NCBI GenBank assembly: GCA_951406725.2
Contig: OX597838.1
Coordinates: 7,254,001 to 7,318,000, forward strand
Reading direction: 5' to 3'
Length of the DNA: 64,000 nt
DNA from: Octopus vulgaris
Lineage: Eukaryota
Both the position numbers and the translations under genes were made by a program. Each line of letters starts with the position of its first letter. The first letter of the stretch is position 1. The notes below the pieces were generated by a model that searched no databases, was not told the origin of the DNA, and worked only from the letters and a program-made list of their open reading frames with translations. Below, in pieces: positions 39,500 through 53,599 of the stretch.

Positions 39500-39790
39500 T
39501 TCATGGTATAGACCACACTATCGGATGCTGCTCTACATCGCTGGTCTCAAACCAACACGCATAGTTTTAGTTTCCGAATGATGCCACTTCGCTAGCTAAG
39601 TGAGCAAGCCAACATCCGTAATGATTAGCGGGATATCCCGTCACAGGGTTAATCATTCGACGCGGAGTGGGTTGGATCAACCCGAAAGAATGTATTTCTC
39701 TCAAGAACACAACGCGTCACTCGGTTCGGGAATCGAACCTATAATCCGGCGACCATGAGTGCAATACACTGAACACTAGCCACGCGCTTT
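39500..39790 (-). mobile_element. Old SINE: family D-like head with tail type 2
   Basis: ctcaagaacacaacgcgtc...gggaatcgaacc...cactagccacgcgc (D head, reverse complement) joined to ctacatcgctggtc...gctaagtgagcaagccaaca (tail 2, reverse complement). Confidence 0.7.
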
Positions 39791-40648
39791 AACATGGCAG
39801 TAATATGATATAGTAAAGCCATTTGAGTGGTTCTGTTATCCTATCCAAAAAGTCTATTTCGAACCTGATCTAAGCGAAATTAAACACCACAGATAAATGC
39901 AAGCTATGGATCCCGTTTGAACTCAGAAATAAATTTCCAGAATTCACTTAACAACGCAAATTCTTTATGCTTTATTTTATTGTTGTTTTTCTTTAGGGTT
40001 TTTTTTTCTCTTTGTTGATTTTGTTATTGCATGCTGGTATGAAGAGTCTCAGAAAAACTGCCACCGTATATAAGTGATATAACACTAAATAAATAAAGTA
40101 ATTAATAATAAAAAAAACATAACAAAATAGAATATTCTATCTCAAAGATATTGGAAAATACGTTGACATATCAGAAGGGAATTGCTTCTTCTAGAAATAT
40201 TTTAAACACATTTTCCACAGAGTTTCTGTGAATGACAAATACTTTTACGAAGTCCCAAAAGCTTTACGTGACTTGAAAGATAAACGCAAAAAACTAAAGG
40301 AGAAGAAAACCAAACGAAATTTTAAGAACTAATAGCAACTCCACTAGCAACAACAACAAGAACACCAGCAACATTTCTCAGTACTTCAAGTTTCAAGAAA
40401 AATAAAATACAACGTGAAGAAAAAAAATAAGGCTGAAAAGGGGATAATATAAAGCAAGGAAATTAAGAAAGAATAAGTAAATAGGTAAATATATAAATAT
40501 ATAAAATGGACGTTAAATTTAAAGTAAAAAAGAAAGAAAATACGAGTCGAGCGAGAATTTGTAAAGGAATCGCTTGGAAGATTCAGGATCAGGAATTCAC
40601 TCGCCGTATATAAGTTTTATGTTGGATAATATTATTAAGTTGTTTGCC

Positions 40649-40750
<102 letters not shown>

Positions 40751-41221
40751 TTATATAGGTATGTGTATAGATAGATATATATATGGAGAAAGAGAGAAAA
40801 AGAGAGAGATAGTAATATATATATTTCGCCGTGTGAGTGTATGTATCTGTATATGTATACGTGTATATACATGTATATATATAAATATATATATATTGGT
40901 GTATATATAAATATATAGGTCTGTTTGTATTGCTGAGTGGGTCCATATATCTGTATGAATGTGCGTCTGTGTATGCGTATGTGTTTATCTTTACCAATAT
41001 ATGTAAATGTATGTGTTTATATATTTCTGTCAGAGTGTTTGTGTGCTTTGGTTCGTGTGCGATCGTGTGTGTGAATGTGCGTGTGTCTGTGTCACTGCGT
41101 GTACCTATGCGTGTGTGTGCGTGCGTGCATTTGTGCGTGTGTGATTGTGGGAGAGAAAAAGTAGTAAAATTGGAAGATAGGAACAGTTACAACAACAGAT
41201 AGAACTCAAAATTAACACGTA

Positions 41222-41794
41222 CAAGAAGAAGAAGAAGAAGAAGAAGAAGAAGAATAAGAATAAGAAGAAGAAGAAGACGAAGAAGAGGAACAACAAAAAC
41301 AACAACAACAACAAAAAGAGGAAGAAAAAGAACAAGAACAAGAAGAAGAAGAAGAAAAAGATCAACGTGGGTGAGGAGGAGGGGAGAGTGAGGAGAACGA
41401 GGAGGAGGAACGGGTCTGGGGAAGGAGGTTGGTGATGGAGAAAGAGTGAAAGTATCGGAGACACAGAAGGCGAACAAGGTGAGAAAGTGGAAGGTTGGAG
41501 AGGAGGATGACAAGCATGGGAGAGGAAAAAAAAATAATGAAGAAGAGGAGGAGGAGGAGGAAAAGAAGAAGGAGGAGGAGAAGAAGAAGAAGAAGAAGAA
41601 GAAGAAGAAGAAGAAGAAAGAAGAAGAAGAAGAAGAAGAAGAAGAAGGAGGAGGAGGAGGAGGAGGAGGAAAAGAAGAAGAAGAAGAAGATGGAGAAGAA
41701 GAAGGAGAAGGAGAAGAAGGAGGAGGAAGAGGAGAAGAAAGAAGAAGAAGAAGAAGAAGAAGAAGAAGAAGAAGAAGAAGAAGAAGAAGAAGAA
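41222..41794. repeat. (GAA)n/(GGA)n polypurine tract
   Basis: Direct reading. Confidence 0.97.
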
Positions 41795-42119
41795 ATCAGA
41801 AGTATAACAGAAAAAAAAACGAAAAGCGGAATACATATGTTAATCAAGATGAAGAATTCAATTAAAACTTCTGCTTATCATTTAAGCCATTTTGCTAATT
41901 ATTCTTACAGATTTTTCTTGGTTTAGTTTTCGTTTATAAATCATTGCTTTATTGCTATTCTTCTGTCTTTTTTTTGTTGTTTTTTATTTTTTTTATTTTG
42001 GAGGCTTAGATTAACTCGATGGCATCAGTGTTGAAATTTAGAGAACTACTAAATATGAAAACAAGATCATGTTAAAAGAAAAAAACGGAAGAGGAATATG
42101 CACGTTTCCCTATCGCTTA

Positions 42120-42145
42120 TCTTACCTGGAAATCAGAAAAAAAGC
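42120..42145 (-). other. Candidate recursive splice site (3'ss directly followed by 5'ss)
   Basis: Minus strand: ctttttttctgatttcCAG|GTAAGA. Confidence 0.4.
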
Positions 42146-42246
42146 TCAATGGTGTATAGATACATAAGCTCGTAAATGCACACACATCTTGGTACATCTA
42201 TGAATATACATACATCTCTATACATATATACATACATACATATATG

Positions 42247-42277
<31 letters not shown>

Positions 42278-42279
42278 CA

Positions 42280-42575
42280 CCGTGATCACCGTGACCGACC
42301 AGGCTGTTGCTACACATCGCTATGTCACAATGCGCTTCACATTGTTTTAGCATTCAAATGACACCACACCGCTGGTTAAGCGAGCAGGCCAACAGAAGAA
42401 AGAGTGAGAGAAATTTGTGGTGAAATAGTACAGCAGGGATCGCAACCATCCCCTGCCGGAGCCTCGTGGATCTATAGCTGTTTTCGCTCAATAAACACTC
42501 GCAATGCCCGGTCTGGGAATCGAAACAGCGATCCTACGACCGTGAATCCGCTGCCCTATTCACTGGGCCATTGCG
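42280..42575 (-). mobile_element. SINE B with tail type 2
   Basis: Reverse complement of the 10546 copy structure. Confidence 0.9.
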
Positions 42576-42577
42576 TG

Positions 42578-42649
<72 letters not shown>

Positions 42650-43089
42650 TGTGTGTGTTCGTGAGACTTCCTCTATGTGTGTGCGTGTTTGTGTGTGTGC
42701 GCGTGTATTCGGACACCTGCTTACAAGTCTATAACGTATTCGCCGGACGTTTTTAAATTTAGGAATTGAATATCTTTATAACTTCAGACCGATATATATG
42801 AAGGAATCAATCTGGAAGAGACAGAGGGAACCCCGCTGTATAATTTTCATCGTCATCAGTCGATAAAATTTTGTAACTTTGCTTAGTAGCCTTTATAGTT
42901 TCTTTGGGAATTTGATAATTAAGTTACGTCATATTTCCGGAGGCATTTAATGGCTAAACCCTTCGTGATAGAGTATGTATGCTCAATTTACATGAAAATT
43001 ATTGACATCGTGTAATGTATAGTAGATGTAGGACCGTGTCCCAGCCCTTGAAATCAGGTATTTTAGGTTGTGAAATAACGTGACCTAAT

Positions 43090-43481
43090 GGATGGATGGA
43101 AGCGCTCCGTCGCTTACGACGACGAGGGTTCCGGTTGATCCGAATCAACGGAACAGCCTGCTCGTGAAATTAACGTGTAAGTGGCTGAGCACTCCACAGA
43201 CACGTGTACCCGTAACGTAGTTCTCGGGGATATTCAGCGTGACACAGAGAGTGACAAGGCCGGCCCTTTGAAATACAGGTACAACAGAAACAGGAAGTAA
43301 GAGTGAGAGAAAGTTGTGGTGAAAGAGTATAGCAGGGATCACCACCATCCCCTGCCGGAGCCTCGTGTAGCGTTAGGTGTTTTCGCTCAATAAACACTCA
43401 CAACGCCCGGTCTGGGAATCGAAACCGCGATCCTATGACCGCGAGTCCGCTGCCCTAACCACTGGGCCATTGCGCCTCCAC
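43090..43481 (-). mobile_element. Full-length young SINE B (tail type 1) with 13-bp TSD and (TCCA)n tail
   Basis: TSD aacgtgacctaat at 43077-43089 and 43482-43494. Confidence 0.96.
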
Positions 43482-44464
43482 AACGTGACCTAATATATGT
43501 GTTACCAATCAAATTTTTCATTTATTCTAATTAGCATCCGAGTGTCATTTCGGGAATACACCTAGTTGGGGAGAACTTCAACTTATGTTAAGTTAACACT
43601 GTTGTGTGACTTGTCTTTGAAAGAGGACTAACCAAATCATCCGGAAAATCTTTAAAATCCGGCATGTTCTCAAAATAAGGCAAGTTTTCAGAGAAATTTA
43701 GCAAATCAATAACGATTGTGTAAAAAATCATAGAAAGAAACTTGGCTTGGATGTGTGAACAGACCCACGGTTAGAAGTTTGCTTCCAGATCAGATGGTTC
43801 CGGTTTCAGTCTCATTGCAAGGCACCTTGAGCAACAATCACTTAGTATAGACCCACTCGACCAACAACTTTAGGATGAATTCGATAGACGGTAGGGAGCC
43901 CATCTTATACATAGCAGTGATGGTAAATATTTTATCGACCCTTTGTAGACGAAATTCAAAGCCGATCTCGGAAGAATTTGAACTTAGATGGTACAACCGA
44001 AGGAAATGACGCTAAGACATTTATACAAACGACTCCGCTTGCACATACATATACACACAGACACACGCATACATACATGTATATATATATTTTGTGTGTT
44101 TGTGTGAGTGTGTGTATTTGTGGTGTGCTGCATTAATTCTTGGCTTAAAGACATAGAGAATTAGATTTAAAGAGAAACTGTCATGTCACGAATTGAATTT
44201 TCGATTGACTTAGGTCGCATTAAAAATACCTTGGATTACCTTTACGTGAAGCGGCAGTTTTTGTATTAACGTCATATCTTAAATATGAATAATTTATTAT
44301 TTTATTATATAATTTATCTATAGAAGTAAATTATATTTACCATGCACAATCTTAAGCTAAAATATGCCTCTATTGAATTTCAGTACACATAATATTTAGG
44401 TAATGCTTCGTTTAAATTTTTATCGGAATTCTAATGCTAGCTGTACTTCCTTTTCAAGACTTAG

Positions 44465-45140
44465 GTAGGTAAAGCCTACCATGCGAGAATATTCATTATT
44501 CATTAGGTAGACGCCGGCCTTTGAAAATGTTGGTCTTGGGTTTTCAGCTTTGTGTATTGTAAAACCAAACTATAGTATAACAGGAAATTGGCGCTTTTGT
44601 AGTAATATTTGTATCGGCTGTGAATGATAACTTGTTGGCTTATGTATTCTTGGGATAAATAAAATTTCCCCTCCATTGGCGCCTGAAGCAATAATGGCGT
44701 GAATAACTGTGCCATTGAGACCCTTCATAATTTATCATGACACATTGTAATGGCCATTACCATCATCAAAACTTCGTAGAACAAATGCCGCACCTACTTT
44801 GAGAAGCTAACTGTGTTGAACAAAACTACTGAAAGAAATTGTTTAAACATTCGGTTGGTAAATATTTCTTCATCATTATTGAGGCCACTGTCACTGCTTC
44901 GATATTGTTTGATTTTATCGCATGCAAATGCCATTAACCTCAATAATGCCATCGCTATTTGGACAGATTTACAGGCACCGACACTGAATCCATAAAATTA
45001 GTTTTACTACAGATCTTCAAAAAATATAATAGCTAAAGTATTTTAGAATTCCAAACAAGAATATTTCAAGATTTTTATCGTCGAAATATCTTGCAAACCT
45101 GAATGATCTCTGCTCGGCCTCTTCATAAACTTCTGTTAAA
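44465..45140 (-). mobile_element. Second decayed Helitron PIF1-helicase relic
   Basis: Frameshifted peptides RGRAEIIQVCK, KQYRSSDS..PTECLN, LLKVGA and GTVIHAIIASGANGGEILFIPRI...KRQFPVIL*FGFTIHKA...FSKAGVYL follow the order of Helitron helicase motifs. Confidence 0.8.
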
Positions 45141-45597
45141 TGCTCTCCGCATTCATCGTCTACACTGGAAGGCGCACGTTTCTTGAGAGTAACAATATAT
45201 CGGACAGCCTTGTCTGATATATTGATTCAGAAACACAGGTCCACTGGTGTTGCCAAGGTGGAATAATTCGCTCCCTTACTCACAATATATCAGAAATAGG
45301 TTTTGTGTCGCTAACTACCTGGAAAAGACGTTTTCCTGGGGTTAAAATTTCCTAACACAGATCTGTATAGAACAGCCATGTTACTCTCCAGTATTGTTAC
45401 TACATATATCTTGTTTAGAGATTTTATAACTATCTATTTCGTACGTATATATACATACAAACACACACGCACAAACACACAAACACATGCACACAGGCAC
45501 ACAGACACACACACATTCACACTCACACACACATATAAGTGCATGTATGTACACACAAATACATATGTATATATATATATATATTCGTTTATTCTGT

Positions 45598-45818
45598 TGT
45601 TCTTTTATTTGTTTCAGTCGTTTTACTGCAGCCATGCTGGAGTAACGCCTTTAGTCGAACAAATTGTAAACTTAGGACTTATTCTATCGGTGACTTTTTC
45701 CGAACCGCTAGGTTAAGGGGACACAAACACTAACATCGGTTGTTAAACGATGCTGCGGTTAGAACACAGACACACATGTACATACATATATATATACACA
45801 CATGTACACACACATACT

Positions 45819-45874
<56 letters not shown>

Positions 45875-46088
45875 CATATATATATATACATATATATATA
45901 CATATATATATATATACATATATACGAAGGGCTTCTTTTAATTTCCAACTTGCAAATTCATTCACAAGGCTTTGGTCGGCACGAGGCTATAATAGAAGAC
46001 ATTTTCCCAGTGTACAAGGCAGTGAGACTGAACCGGGAACTATGTGGTTGCGAAGCAAGCTTCTTACCACAGAGCCACTCTTCAGCCT
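45598..46088 (-). mobile_element. SINE C with expanded internal microsatellite
   Basis: Tail (reverse complement) at 45605-45640, head (reverse complement) gactgaaccgggaactatgtggtt...cttaccacagagcca at 46026-46078. Confidence 0.85.
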
Positions 46089-46457
46089 TACACACACACA
46101 CACACACACACAGACATACATACACACATGGTTAAACACTCTGTTCGATAAAAAAAAAGACGCGTATGCATGTGTGTATGTTTGAGTCTTTGGATGAGGC
46201 CATGGGGCAGTTCTTTCTCAAATGCCCAACTGATAATTGTAGAAGAAAAAAATCGAATAACTTATTGTTATATTGCTCTTCTCTCTGATTTGACAATGAG
46301 AAGCTACATTGTTTTCGCTTGAATTTCAGAGACGCTTCCAGACATCCAAGATTTGGAAAATATATCACGTTGACCATGTTTAAGATACAGATATTTCTCA
46401 CTGCGCTCACATATCTTGCGAAACTGACCTCTTATTTGTTGCAGTCAGTATACATGA

Positions 46458-47092
46458 GGCGGCGAGCTGGCAGAATCGTTATAGCACACCGGACGAAATG
46501 TTTAGCGGTATTTTGTCTGCCGTTACGTTCTGAGTTCAAATTCCGCCGAGGTCGACTTTACCTTTCATCATTTCGAGGTCGATAAATTAAGTACCAGTTA
46601 CGCACTGGTGTCGATGCAATCTACTTAATCCCTTTGTCTGTGCATGTTTGTCCCCTCCATGTTTTGACCCTTCTCGGCAATAAAGAAACCAGAAACATTA
46701 GCACGCCGGGTGAAACGCTTAGCGGTATTTCGTCTGCAGTTACGTTCTGAGTTCAAATTCTGCCGATGTCGACCTTGCCTTTCATCCTTTCGGGTTCGAT
46801 TAAATAAGTACCAGTTACGCACTGGGGTCGATATAATCGTCTTAATCTGTTTCTCTATCCTTGTTTGTCTTCTCTGTGTTTAGCCCCTTGTGGTTAGTAA
46901 AGAAATAGGTATTTCGTCTGCAGTTACGTTCTGAGTTCAAATTCTGCCGACGTCGACCTTGCTTTTCATCCTTTCAGCGTCGATTAAATAAGTACCAGTT
47001 ACGCACTGGGGTCGATATAATCGACTTAATCCGTTTCTTTGTCTTTCTTTGACCTGTCTGTGCTTAGCCCATTGTGGGTAGTAAAGTAATAG
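46458..47092 (+). mobile_element. SINE A trimer
   Basis: Unit 1 46458-46689. Unit 2 restarts in the A-box region (~46691). Unit 3 joins through aagaaatag|gtatttcg at ~46908. Confidence 0.93.
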
Positions 47093-47745
47093 GCAGCTCG
47101 AGCTTTTGTTAGATGACAATTCACCGAGAGTGCCGCGTAATAGGTTCGACCCCGTTTAATTTTATTCACAGAATGTCAATATTTAAGACGATCCAACAAA
47201 CGGACTTTTTCGTGTGTTTTGCCTTTCTTTTTAAAGATATATTTCCTACGGCGCTTCTAGCAGCTAAATAAATGGAATTGTCTTTAATACTGATGAAAGA
47301 AATTGAAATTACGGCGCGATATCCATTTGCCGGAAGCATACAATTTACTCTGGAGCACTCGTTACACAGCGATATTAATTTAATATGGTAAGTGTGGCAA
47401 TTATATGACTATATAGGTGATAGTCTTCAAACGGAAAATACAAAACAAATTCAATTATATATTAATTATAATGATACAAAGTTCGTCAAAATGGTATTTC
47501 AAAAGAATAACAAAATGTATACTACGCTTAGAACAATTGAAAAGCATACGCATGTTGATAGCAGACTAAGAGAATGCGTGAAATATAACAGCTCTATGAT
47601 TATTTATATTCTTCAAGAATCGTGTAAATGTCAGAAGCATGTTGCGAGAAAGAACAATGTGATATACCGGACACCTAACGCTGCAAGCATTTATTAACAG
47701 CAAATATATATTTTTCCTTCTTCTTCTTCTTCTTCTTCTTCTTAC

Positions 47746-47757
47746 CTTTTTATCAAC
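47746..47757 (-). CDS. Candidate 12-nt frame-preserving microexon (GTTGATAAAAAG; VDKK if phase 0)
   Basis: Minus strand: ttctttcttgatcTGCAG|GTTGATAAAAAG|GTAAGA. Consensus acceptor, strong AAG|GTAAG donor and a length divisible by 3. Confidence 0.45.
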
Positions 47758-48012
47758 CTGCAGATCAAGAAAGAATTGACAGTAATAAAATTATTTTCAC
47801 ATATTAGGAAATAAAAGACAAAGACAACAAAAAAAAAATTACAAAAAATATATATATATAATATTGAATAGAAAACTAAAATTTACAATATTTAGATAAA
47901 AATTAAACACTAGTCACCATTGCATCAGATAACTTTCTGTAGTTATTCCTGGAGGTAAATTTTGTTTCTCGATACAAAATTTTTGAATTCTCACGTCGCC
48001 CGTTAAAATCAG

Positions 48013-48084
<72 letters not shown>

Positions 48085-48230
48085 GAATAGTATTACCTTT
48101 ATTATTAACAGTCTTAATAATTATATGTGTTTTATTACAGGTGTTATTTGCACAAATGCAAGTATAAATGATATATTGTATGTAACCACGTCACTCTTTC
48201 TGCTAAAGTGGCATAAATATCTATACATGC

Positions 48231-48280
<50 letters not shown>

Positions 48281-48473
48281 TAGAGTCCATGTGTGTTTGC
48301 AAGCGTGAGAGTATCGCGCAAGCGCGTAAAACAATTTCTGACGACTTTCATAAAATTCCTTCTAGGCAAATTTGAATAACAGAACTTTTGCTTAGAGGGA
48401 GATTTCCAACTTCTTATAATTTTATAAGTTCTATATATTTATGTTACTTTCATATTATTCGAGAATTTATAAA

Positions 48474-48536
<63 letters not shown>

Positions 48537-48813
48537 TATGTATAAACACGTATATGTGCACGTATATATTAATATTTTCTATCTTCCTCTCCCCGTCTCT
48601 CTACCTGTCTCTCTCTCAATCTCTCTCCCTCTCTCTATAAGTACATATATATATATATATACATATGTATATATATGTGCGCGTGTGTGTATATAATATA
48701 TATATACACAGACACGCACACATATATATGCAAAAATCGAAAATGAAAAATATCAAATAAAAAAAAACAACAAAAGTCAAACGAAAATATTCTTGGAATG
48801 TATTATCCTGACG

Positions 48814-48869
<56 letters not shown>

Positions 48870-48870
48870 A

Positions 48871-48953
<83 letters not shown>

Positions 48954-50247
48954 CGCACACGTACTCACACACACACATCTGCTGTCACTCAAGCACAAGC
49001 ATGGATATATATGCATTTGTTTGCATGTATGTATGCGTGTATGTTTACATACATTCATTTATTCATTCACTTCTTTCTCTTCAGCTCAGTATTGCTAAGC
49101 TTAATTCTTAATATGCATTTATTGCCTGTTTCTCCTTTCGATCGGCCCCTTTCTTTAGTTATAACATTCTGTCCCTATAAAACCTGTGACGGAATCCCAT
49201 TTCTAATGACAGTCGATACGTAGAGTGGAAACTCATTGAGAATTCGCCATTGCGTTGCATTGTTATTCGCCATATTGGGTGGAATGTCATTAGAATAATG
49301 AAGACCTGCTTTTTATTATATTGTTATGATTGAAGCGGGGATAGAGAGAATAGGGAAAGGAATCTAGAAAAAAGAAATATTATTCATGGTGTGTTATTTC
49401 CTGAATTAAATTGAGTGACTCTGCATAGCACAATAAATCATGAGTTTGAATATTTAAGACTAAAAAGAATGCATTTAAAACCTCTAACTTGCAAATATAA
49501 TGTGTCAATCTGTGTAAAGAATTACGTCTTCCACTCCAAGGATTGGTGTATAGAAACTGGCTACTTAAGTTTCATGGAAAGCGGTCGGTTATGTATGAAC
49601 GATTTCGAGGGCAGAATCATTTGTCAACGTTTTGTGAAGAAGAATGACTATGACAAAATATAAGTTCTGAAAGAAAAATTTACCATCAAAAATGATAATG
49701 GGAAAATGATATTCGAAAAAGTTGTCGTATAGAATGATAACAGTATTGGTGCATTTTAACTAATATTGCCGTTATTGAATATAGTTTCCATTGTTTCATG
49801 GCTCTGTAATTTGTAAGACGCAGTGCTTTTAGTTGAAATAATTGCTGAAGCTGTTTAGCTGACCTTCTGTTCTGACCAATCAATTTTGCGGTAACAAAAC
49901 TTTGAAAACACGATCAACCACACAGGCTGCCCTTCAACTGCAACGATTTGCTAAATACTGAACCGAACTAATTTAAGTGGGTTTTTGCTGTTATTTCTAG
50001 CATAACCCATGGTCCGTTAAGTGTGTGTATTTTACTACGCTGTTAGGTTTTATTGGTTTTTAGTTTTCTGATTGGCGTTGTCGTTCATTTTTTTAATCCA
50101 AGATATTCCTACCCAAGTTCAACTATCGATGACCAAAACCTACCCGGTAGCAACAACCTCCATTCAACTTGAAAAATATTATCTACATTTACTTTCTTCA
50201 ACTGTATAAACAGGTGGCTGGATATTTAGTGACTACTTGCAACAAAG

Positions 50248-50495
50248 GTGGAGCCGCGTGGCTTAGTGGTTAGGGTGTCAGCATCATAATCGTAAGATTG
50301 TGGTTTCGATTCCTGTACCGGGCGACGCGTTGTGTTGTTGAGCAAAACACTTCAGTTCACGTTGCTCCAGTCCACTCAGCTGGCAAAAATGAGTAACGCT
50401 GCGATGGACTGGCGTCCCGTCCATCTGGGGAACACATACGCCATAGAAACCGGGAAACCGGGCCCATGAGCCTGGCTAGTCTTTAAAAGGGCACA
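50248..50495 (+). mobile_element. tRNA-derived SINE family D (tail type 3)
   Basis: gtggcttagtggttagg...ggtttcgattcc, CORE-like ttgagcaaaacactt, then ctgcgatggactggcgtcccgtcca...gaaaccgggaaaccgg. Confidence 0.9.
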
Positions 50496-50759
50496 TTTGT
50501 TATTTTATACTTACAGCAAACCCTACGTCCCTGCAATAGTTTTCTTTACGGTTGCTAAGTGAAATTATAATTCCTCTGTTGTCTATGTTTTCACTCGGAC
50601 TTACAAAATAATACATCAAAATGCATTGCTAAGAGGATTAATCACTTTTGTAAAGATGAATCCTTTGATTAGACAACTACGTTTCACTAACCTTTCATAC
50701 AAGTAGTGAGAATATATACACAGAGAATACATACATACATGCATATATACATAACATAA

Positions 50760-50990
50760 GGCAGCGAGCTGGCAGAAACGTTAGCGCGCAGGGCGAAATG
50801 CTTAGCGGTATTTCGTCTGTCGTTACGTTCTGAGTTCGAATTCCGCCGAGGTCGACTTTGCCTTTCATCCTTTCGGGATCGATAAATAAAGTACCAGTTA
50901 CGCACTGGGGTCGATGTAATCGACTTAATCCCTTTGTCTGTCCTTGTTTGTCCCCTCTATGTTTAGCCCCCTTGTGGGTAGTAAAGAAAT
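50760..50990 (+). mobile_element. SINE A
   Basis: Full-length match to the other family A copies. Confidence 0.93.
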
Positions 50991-51014
50991 ATATATACAT
51001 AAGATAACACAGAT

Positions 51015-51545
51015 AGGCGTGACTGTGTCGTAAGAAATTGCTTTCTCGCTACATTGTAGCGGGATCAAGTCCACCGCCGGGAGTCTTTAGCAAGTGTGTC
51101 CTGTTATGTCCTGTGGCCGAAAAATTACTTGTTAGAGAATTTAGTGAACGGAAACTGGGAGATTTATGTGTGTGTGTGTCTTTGGGACATCGGTTGTCAA
51201 GCGATGTTGGGGGGACAACCACATACATGTTAAATCGGTAGCCACTACACATTTTTTCCTCTCCTTGTTTTTTTCTGTGTCCCTTTCTGTAGAAGAGCGT
51301 AGGCTCGAAATGTAAAAGACTCTTTCAATTCCTGAGCGTTATACTAACTCGCCAAAGTTTGAGAAACGGTATTGGTGTGTTTATATCCCCACAACTTAGA
51401 GGTCCGGGAACAGAACGATAGGACGGAATACTAGGATCCAGAAAGCAATAAGTCCTGAGGTCGAGTGATCGATCTGACCGACGAAAGCCCTTCGAGGACG
51501 TATCCCAGCATGGCCTCAGATAAATGACTGAAAAGAGTAAAAGAG
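51015..51545 (+). mobile_element. Old SINE C containing hammerhead-like element copy 4 (~51220-51345)
   Basis: C head ggcgtgactgtgtcgtaag and C tail cccagcatggcc...aatgactgaaaagagtaaaag. Internal cttt-CTGTAGA-A-GAGC-gtag-GCTC-GAAATGTA-aaag at 51283-51318. Confidence 0.75.
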
Positions 51546-51596
51546 AACGGAGTTTAAAAAGAAACATATATGTATATACATATATACATGTGTTTG

Positions 51597-51645
<49 letters not shown>

Positions 51646-51687
51646 CATATATATATTCATATGTACATGTCTATATTTATATCTATC

Positions 51688-51753
<66 letters not shown>

Positions 51754-52375
51754 TTCTTTTGTGCACGTATGTGTGTGTTCTTCACTAATGTATTTTCTGA
51801 ATACTAACTCCTTATTTGGTAACCATGACATGAAAAGTCTCCTATTAAACGGGGAGAAAAAAAACTTCAATATATATAAATTCACCTAACAAAACGGCAG
51901 CAAATGACTAAATCTTACTTTGTACATTTGTGATTACAAGGTATTTATTTGCAATAGATATATTTATCTTCATGGCCTTTTACTTTTTCTTGCTTTAAAA
52001 CCTCTCCTACTCATTCTCTCAACATAGATATACATACAGCAGACAATTATATCCACACACTCAGATATATGCATGAATGTATATCTATTTGCTCATATTA
52101 TTATAAACACCGAGAAATAGATGTGGCGGAGAAAGAAAAGTGCGAGTGTGAAAGGATGGATATATATATGCGTATACAAATGCAAAGCGAATGGTTATAC
52201 GTTGGTATATGACATGGCTTCGTTCGTAAACGTATATTTGAGTAATTATTGAAGGCAGCCTAAAAAAATTACGTTTTATGAATACGCATACGAGCTGAAG
52301 AGACACATAAGTGCATGCATACATATTTAAATATATAAATATATATATTGATATCACTCTCGCGATATACATACG

Positions 52376-52459
<84 letters not shown>

Positions 52460-52526
52460 CATATATATATATATGTATATATGTATATATATAAATATAT
52501 ATATATGTATGTATGTTGTATGTATG

Positions 52527-52590
<64 letters not shown>

Positions 52591-53550
52591 ATATATATAT
52601 ATATATAGGAATATGGTGTGGCCAGCGCGGGATGGGCGACAGTATATCATATCGGTTGTTATTTCAGTTATGCCCTTAGGGTTGTGTGCGTAAATGTGTT
52701 GAAAGACATATACGACTTGATGTGTGTTGACCGAGATGATTTTAAATGAAGGTTTACTGTAAACAGGAAAAATATGCACATATATATATACACATATACG
52801 ACCATAATAACGTACACGTACGTGTGTGTGTGTATGTGATTGTGTGTATGTATGAGTGTGTGTCTGTGTGTGTGTAGAGACGGAGGGAGAGAGAGACGGA
52901 TAGAAAATAAATAGGTATACATATGTAATGATATATACACATTCGTACACGCACATATATATATATATATTTAGATATGTATAAATATATGTATGTATAT
53001 ATATATATATTTACATATCTATAAATATATGTATATATATATATATGTATGTATATATGCATGAATATATATACATATATATGCGTGTGAGTGTATATAT
53101 GCATGCCTATTCATTTATGTCTACTCTCATGCTTACGTACTGTTATACTAATCTTCATAAGTGTCTATATGAATAACTGTGTGTGCTCGTGTGAATGTGT
53201 GTGTGTGTGTGTATGTGTGTGTGTGGAGGGGGGAGACTGCCAAAAGTTAATTATTATTCCTACTTTGAAATACGACATAGAACATCATCTTTTTGCAATT
53301 TATTTCGAAAAGTTTCTATTTTTATTTTAAAAAGAAAAATGTTCAGAGATCATAAATTTGCATCATATTACTTTTTGTGTAGCCTTCAGCGCTTTAATAA
53401 CTCTTCCTAGATACTTATGTGTGTGTATGTATGTGTGTATGGGGGGGGGGGAATTTATATCTGTGTGCACGTAAGAATATATATATATATATACATACAT
53501 ATACACACGTAGATATACGTTAATTATAATATACATGCAAATATTATACC

Positions 53551-53599
<49 letters not shown>

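Noticed and set aside
49198-49300. Short inverted repeat ttctaatgaca...tgtcattagaa as pre-miRNA or MITE
   Set aside because: Only ~11-16 bp pair, the ~75-nt interior does not extend the stem, and no second copy was seen.
51875-51910. Second AG|GT recursive-like motif on minus (ttttgttAG|GTGAAT)
   Set aside because: Weak donor and an interrupted pyrimidine tract.
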